From a virus (lineage: Duplodnaviria > Caudoviricetes): a stretch of 29,434 bases of DNA. The notes below the pieces were generated by a model that was given only the letters and a program-made list of their open reading frames with translations, searched no databases and was not told the origin of the DNA. How positions within the stretch are numbered: position 1 is the first letter of the stretch; each line of letters begins with the position of its first letter. Location of the stretch: positions 1 to 29,434 of IMG/VR virus record IMGVR_UViG_3300014818_000023. One strand, given 5' to 3'. Position numbers and translations under genes: made by a program. Shown one piece after another: positions 26,412 through 29,434 of this stretch.

Positions 26412-27148
26412 GCTACTAGCTCCTTAGCCTTGCGTTTAGATGTTCCGTGGGCAGGTATCGCCACCGACTTAGCCAAGATATTTGAGCCACCACATAGTTT
26501 GCACGTTGCGCAAGTTGCTTTGCGGCCAGCCTCTTGACTAGCGGGACACAAGATTTCCTTGCCCTTGATAATATCGGCCACACTGGCAACGACTCGGAAT
26601 GTCCGTTCGCCCTTATCCCACATATCTTTCGCTTGCGATGCACTGTCAGCACTGGACATAATACCTTGCGGCCATGGGTTAACAGCGCCGTGTGTGTAAG
26701 CCGTTTGATATTCTGCGCGGCTTGTCAGGGATTGCCATATGCCCTTATCTACGGCGCACGGGTCGCCATACGTACCTAAGCGGACGCCCTTACCAGCACC
26801 GAACGCCACAATCTCTTGACGACTTGCCACGGCGTTACCATAGACGCCCTTTTTCAGTGCTTTATATTTACCCAAAGGCGCGTGGGCTAAGGTGACATAG
26901 CAAGTCCGATTAGTTGCTTGCCCTTTGTCGTTATCGTTTGCCGTGCCTCTATGTGGACAAGCGCCACAAATAGATTCATCCGCGCCAGTACGACTCGCCG
27001 TCAGTGGGTCCATTTCGTCCGACAAGATAAAGGTTTGAACCATGTTACCAGTCTTAGAATTAGTGGACTCGGACTGCGCAAGGGCCACAATCGGCTTGCC
27101 GTTGATAAGACTAGGGCCGCGATACAAGATAATTGTTTGACGTGTCAT
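26408..27148 (-). CDS. Cys-rich putative Fe-S protein (GP88-like / radical-SAM-like)
   Basis: NSKTG, CGAC...CYV, RLGTYGD, YTH, SAD, CPA, CATCKLC, HG motifs. Confidence 0.65.
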   Translation of the reverse strand: MTRQTIILYRGPSLINGKPIVALAQSESTNSKTGNMVQTFILSDEMDPLTASRTGADESICGACPHRGTANDNDKGQATNRTCYVTLAHAPLGKYKALKKGVYGNAVASRQEIVAFGAGKGVRLGTYGDPCAVDKGIWQSLTSRAEYQTAYTHGAVNPWPQGIMSSADSASQAKDMWDKGERTFRVVASVADIIKGKEILCPASQEAGRKATCATCKLCGGSNILAKSVAIPAHGTSKRKAKELVA

Positions 27149-27459
27149 ATCTTGGACTCCGCTTTTCTTACTAGGGTTTCAGTATAAGCGTTCGCGCTAA
27201 AATCTTGGATAATCTCGCAAGGCTCTGAGTCGTAGTCGAGAACAATAGAGATTGTTCCGAGTGTCCTTTGCGTATGCAGGTCGATAATAATGATTTGGGA
27301 CTCGTCGACGCTAAACACGGCGTCTAATATGTCGCGTTCTAGTTGGGACTCGTTTAGGCAATCGCCGTCATAATCTACGAACACAAGAGTTGACTCGTTA
27401 GCCCTTGCGTCGCGCAAGATAGAACGGATCAGGGCGCGGGATTTCATTTCATGTTTCAT
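27145..27459 (-). CDS. acidic hypothetical protein (104 aa)
   Basis: Start reassigned to ATG 27459 (ATGA overlap with the upstream micro-ORF); ATGA overlap with the next gene. Confidence 0.7.
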   Translation of the reverse strand: MKHEMKSRALIRSILRDARANESTLVFVDYDGDCLNESQLERDILDAVFSVDESQIIIIDLHTQRTLGTISIVLDYDSEPCEIIQDFSANAYTETLVRKAESKI

Positions 27460-27536
27460 AGATTCCACCATAGAGCTAAGGACAAGGGCAAGGCGAACGA
27501 TACGCCAACGATAAGACAAGCGGCCAAGATACTCAT
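27456..27536 (-). CDS. 26-aa single-TM micro-protein (not in ORF track)
   Basis: MSILAACLIVGVSFALPLSLALWWNL*; ATGA overlaps at both ends; GGAG upstream. Confidence 0.6.
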   Translation of the reverse strand: MSILAACLIVGVSFALPLSLALWWNL

Positions 27537-27667
27537 TGCGCGACTCCATAGTCTAACCAATAATTTAGATAAGCGTTTTCGTACAATACGCCCTCAGGAT
27601 AGAACGTCGTGGACGCGCCAACGTGAAACGCGGCGATTGCGTAGCCAAGCAACAACAAACGAGTCAT
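27533..27667 (-). CDS. 44-aa hydrophobic micro-protein (not in ORF track)
   Basis: MTRLLLLGYAIAAFHVGASTTFYPEGVLYENAYLNYWLDYGVAQ*; TAATG overlap upstream, ATGA downstream. Confidence 0.6.
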   Translation of the reverse strand: MTRLLLLGYAIAAFHVGASTTFYPEGVLYENAYLNYWLDYGVAQ

Positions 27668-27891
27668 TATATTTGCCCCGCTACGAAAGTGTTAAAATCT
27701 AAATCGCTAGTTGGCGTTAGCGTGCCATCATAAATATTGGCAGTCTGAAAACTCGCATTGCAAGTTGAAACAATATATTTAGCCGTTGTGTCAGTTGGAT
27801 AGATTCCAACGGCGTCTAAGTTGTAAGAGCGCACAATTTCCATGACGTCGTTCATGAGGCGGATTTGAGTAGAGGTAATAAAAGTAGACAT
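27667..27891 (-). CDS. hypothetical protein, first gene of the cassette
   Basis: 74 aa; GAAAGG 8 nt before the ATG. Confidence 0.7.
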   Translation of the reverse strand: MSTFITSTQIRLMNDVMEIVRSYNLDAVGIYPTDTTAKYIVSTCNASFQTANIYDGTLTPTSDLDFNTFVAGQI

Positions 27892-28394
27892 AGTTGGAAC
27901 CTTTCGGGGACCGAGTTGAGCGGCAGGGCGCGAATCGCCCGTATTAAAAACCGCTTGATAAGTAACTATTGAGCTATTCTCGAACGGGTGACAAGCCCTA
28001 AAACGATCAAGGCCAAAACTATATTGAGTATATAGGGAATCGCGGACGGGCGCGCGCTATCTATACCAAAACGATTCGTCAATAGCATCTGGGAAGCTCT
28101 AAAACGCCCCTTAGAACGCCGTTAGAGTTTTGCCTAGTCCTATATCAAAAAAGTGATTCGCGGGCTTAAGCGTTTTCTGCTATTGCCGATCATTATTTTT
28201 GTCGCCGTTGCATAATTATCACTATGGACTTCATCGGGGCGAATCAGATATAAAATGGGGGATGCCGAATCGAAATAGCTATGCAGTAAACGCATGGCTG
28301 CTATGCAAAAATCACATACCCATAAAAAGTGGAACGAATCGTGAATACGCTTGTCAATGCGGCATTGTGACAAGTTTACCGAATCATGCTTTTG

Positions 28395-28604
28395 TGTCAC
28401 GTTGCTTAAATGTCACGTTGTATAAATAACACAAGCACGCTTTTTCGTATGTGTTGCGAATCAGTCACGTTGCAGAAATGTCACGTCAAGTGTGGTATTT
28501 ATGTTTTACGCGAATCAGTTGCTCAAATGTCACTGTGTCCAAAATGTCACGTCAAGAGGCAAAAATGTCACGTTGCCAAAATGCCACTGTGGCCGATTTA
28601 CCAC
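28395..28604. repeat. array of imperfect 16-17-bp units GTKRCM-N4-TGYCAC
   Basis: TGTCAC-type half-sites at 28395, 28411, 28463, 28479, 28528, 28545, 28566, 28582 and 28599. Confidence 0.8.
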
Positions 28605-28610
28605 GCCAGA

Positions 28611-28736
28611 CCCCCTCCGATGGAAAATGACCCCCCCGATGGAAAATGACCGTACCCCCTCCGATGGAAAATGACCCCTCCGAGGGAATTTAGGCCCCCC
28701 GATGGAAAATGACTTGACCCCCCGATGGAAAATGAC
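28611..28736 (+). repeat. direct repeat array CCGATGGAAAATGAC (5 exact + 1 variant)
   Basis: Exact copies at 28617, 28636, 28661, 28699 and 28722; variant CCGAGGGAATTTAGG at 28680; each preceded by a C-run. Confidence 0.95.
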
Positions 28737-28742
28737 TAGAGT
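28714..28742 (+). promoter_or_regulatory. sigma70-type promoter for the rightward genes
   Basis: TTGACC-N17-TAGAGT, followed by TGATTCG, an AAAAGGAG RBS and ATG 28770. Confidence 0.7.
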
Positions 28743-28769
28743 GATTCGTATAAACAAAAGGAGAACGAG

Positions 28770-29006
28770 ATGATTGATCGTTGCACTAACCTGACTGTCG
28801 ATGTAGATGTAGAGATGAGGTTCCACTGTGGTAATGTAGGGAGCTTCCGTATAGTTGACATACCTTGTGTATGGCAGTGGGATGAAGTTTCAAGGGATGC
28901 AGCATGTTACTGGGCTGCGTTTGACCACATAGGAGATAACTATAACTTTGACTGGATGTCGATTAAGTGTTGGTCCAGTTCACCAGTGAAGGAGAAAGTA
29001 CAATGA
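28770..29006 (+). CDS. hypothetical protein
   Basis: Strong AAGGAG RBS; ATGA coupling to the next gene. Confidence 0.7.
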   Translation: MIDRCTNLTVDVDVEMRFHCGNVGSFRIVDIPCVWQWDEVSRDAACYWAAFDHIGDNYNFDWMSIKCWSSSPVKEKVQ

Positions 29007-29410
29007 GAGGATTTACAGCAGGGTGTTTTGATCTGTTACATGCAGGTCATGTGTTAATGCTTAAGGAAGCTGACATGGTGTGTGACTACCTTATAGTAGG
29101 GTTGCATGTTGACCCTAGCATTGAGCGTGAGGGCAAGAATAAGCCCGTACAGAGCCTAGTAGAGCGTCAGATACAGCTAGAGGCAATAGAGTATGTAGAC
29201 AAGGTTGTCGTGTACTCTACAGAGGACGAGCTAAAGGAGATTTTGTTAGCAGAAGAGATTGACATCCGCATCATAGGCGAGGAGTATGAGGGTACACTGT
29301 ATACGGGTAAGGGTTTAACCCACTACGTACACTACAACAGACGTAACCACGGGTACTCTACCTCTAAGTTACGTGAACGAGTAGAAGAGGCTAACTACGA
29401 TGCTACATAG
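29003..29410 (+). CDS. glycerol-3-phosphate cytidylyltransferase-like nucleotidyltransferase (TagD/RfaE-II family)
   Basis: ATG 29003 with AAGGAG. G.FDLLHAGH (HxGH), LIVGL..D, KP......ER...L....YVD.V and R...YSTS motifs. Confidence 0.9.
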   Translation: MRGFTAGCFDLLHAGHVLMLKEADMVCDYLIVGLHVDPSIEREGKNKPVQSLVERQIQLEAIEYVDKVVVYSTEDELKEILLAEEIDIRIIGEEYEGTLYTGKGLTHYVHYNRRNHGYSTSKLRERVEEANYDAT

Positions 29411-29434
29411 ACTGAACAAAGAAGTATGTGACCA
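29400..29434 (+). CDS. start of next ORF (MLHRLNKEVCD...), truncated by window edge
   Basis: ATG overlaps the end of the upstream gene, with GAGG upstream; only 11 codons visible. Confidence 0.4.
   Translation, partial: MLHRLNKEVCD

Noticed and set aside
27460-27549. N-terminal extension of track ORF 27145..27549
   Set aside because: The interval is better explained by coupled micro-ORFs with exact ATGA overlaps.
28611-28736. Possible CRISPR array
   Set aside because: Repeats are only 15 bp, separated by 4-10 nt C-rich linkers rather than unique spacers of about 30 nt; no cas genes.
28140-28826. Track ORFs 28140..28400, 28199..28429, 28410..28649, 28492..28674, 28530..28826
   Set aside because: They are translations of the regulatory region and repeat arrays and lack RBS or coupling; region treated as non-coding.
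1-29434. tRNA/rRNA genes, integrase, transposase, diversity-generating retroelement, introns/inteins, gene transfer agent
   Set aside because: None recognised by eye. Terminase, portal and capsid have ordinary lengths, no reverse transcriptase is seen, and gene content is phage-like rather than RcGTA-like. tRNAscan/Infernal were not run.

Overview
This window is the virion-morphogenesis arm plus a control/early region of a tailed dsDNA phage with a siphovirus-type tail module. The host is probably an alphaproteobacterium, inferred from the GANTC pattern. Almost everything from about 27.9 kb down to 449 is on the minus strand, in this order: (1) a translationally coupled cassette of small early-type genes; (2) small and large terminase and portal; (3) a 6.4-kb fibre/appendage cassette inserted between portal and prohead protease; (4) protease, scaffold, decoration protein, major capsid and head-tail joining genes; (5) tail tube, a G/GT chaperone pair joined by a -1 frameshift, a short tape measure, tail-tip genes and a tail fibre; (6) a lysis cassette. 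Plus-strand genes occur only at the two window edges: DUF3310-like and one small gene on the left, converging on a bidirectional terminator, and a hypothetical gene plus a TagD-like cytidylyltransferase on the right. Best leads: a candidate ruler-templated filament system in the head module, built around a 423-aa protein made of 16 near-strict 23-residue repeats; a 3.2-kb island packed with GANTC (CcrM/GcrA-type) sites in a sequence that otherwise seems to avoid them; a pseudoknot-capable RNA element at the tail-chaperone start; operator-like repeat arrays overlapping a sigma70 promoter; a prohead protease fold split across two genes; and a candidate unimolecular spanin. All family calls and counts were made by eye; no searches were run.
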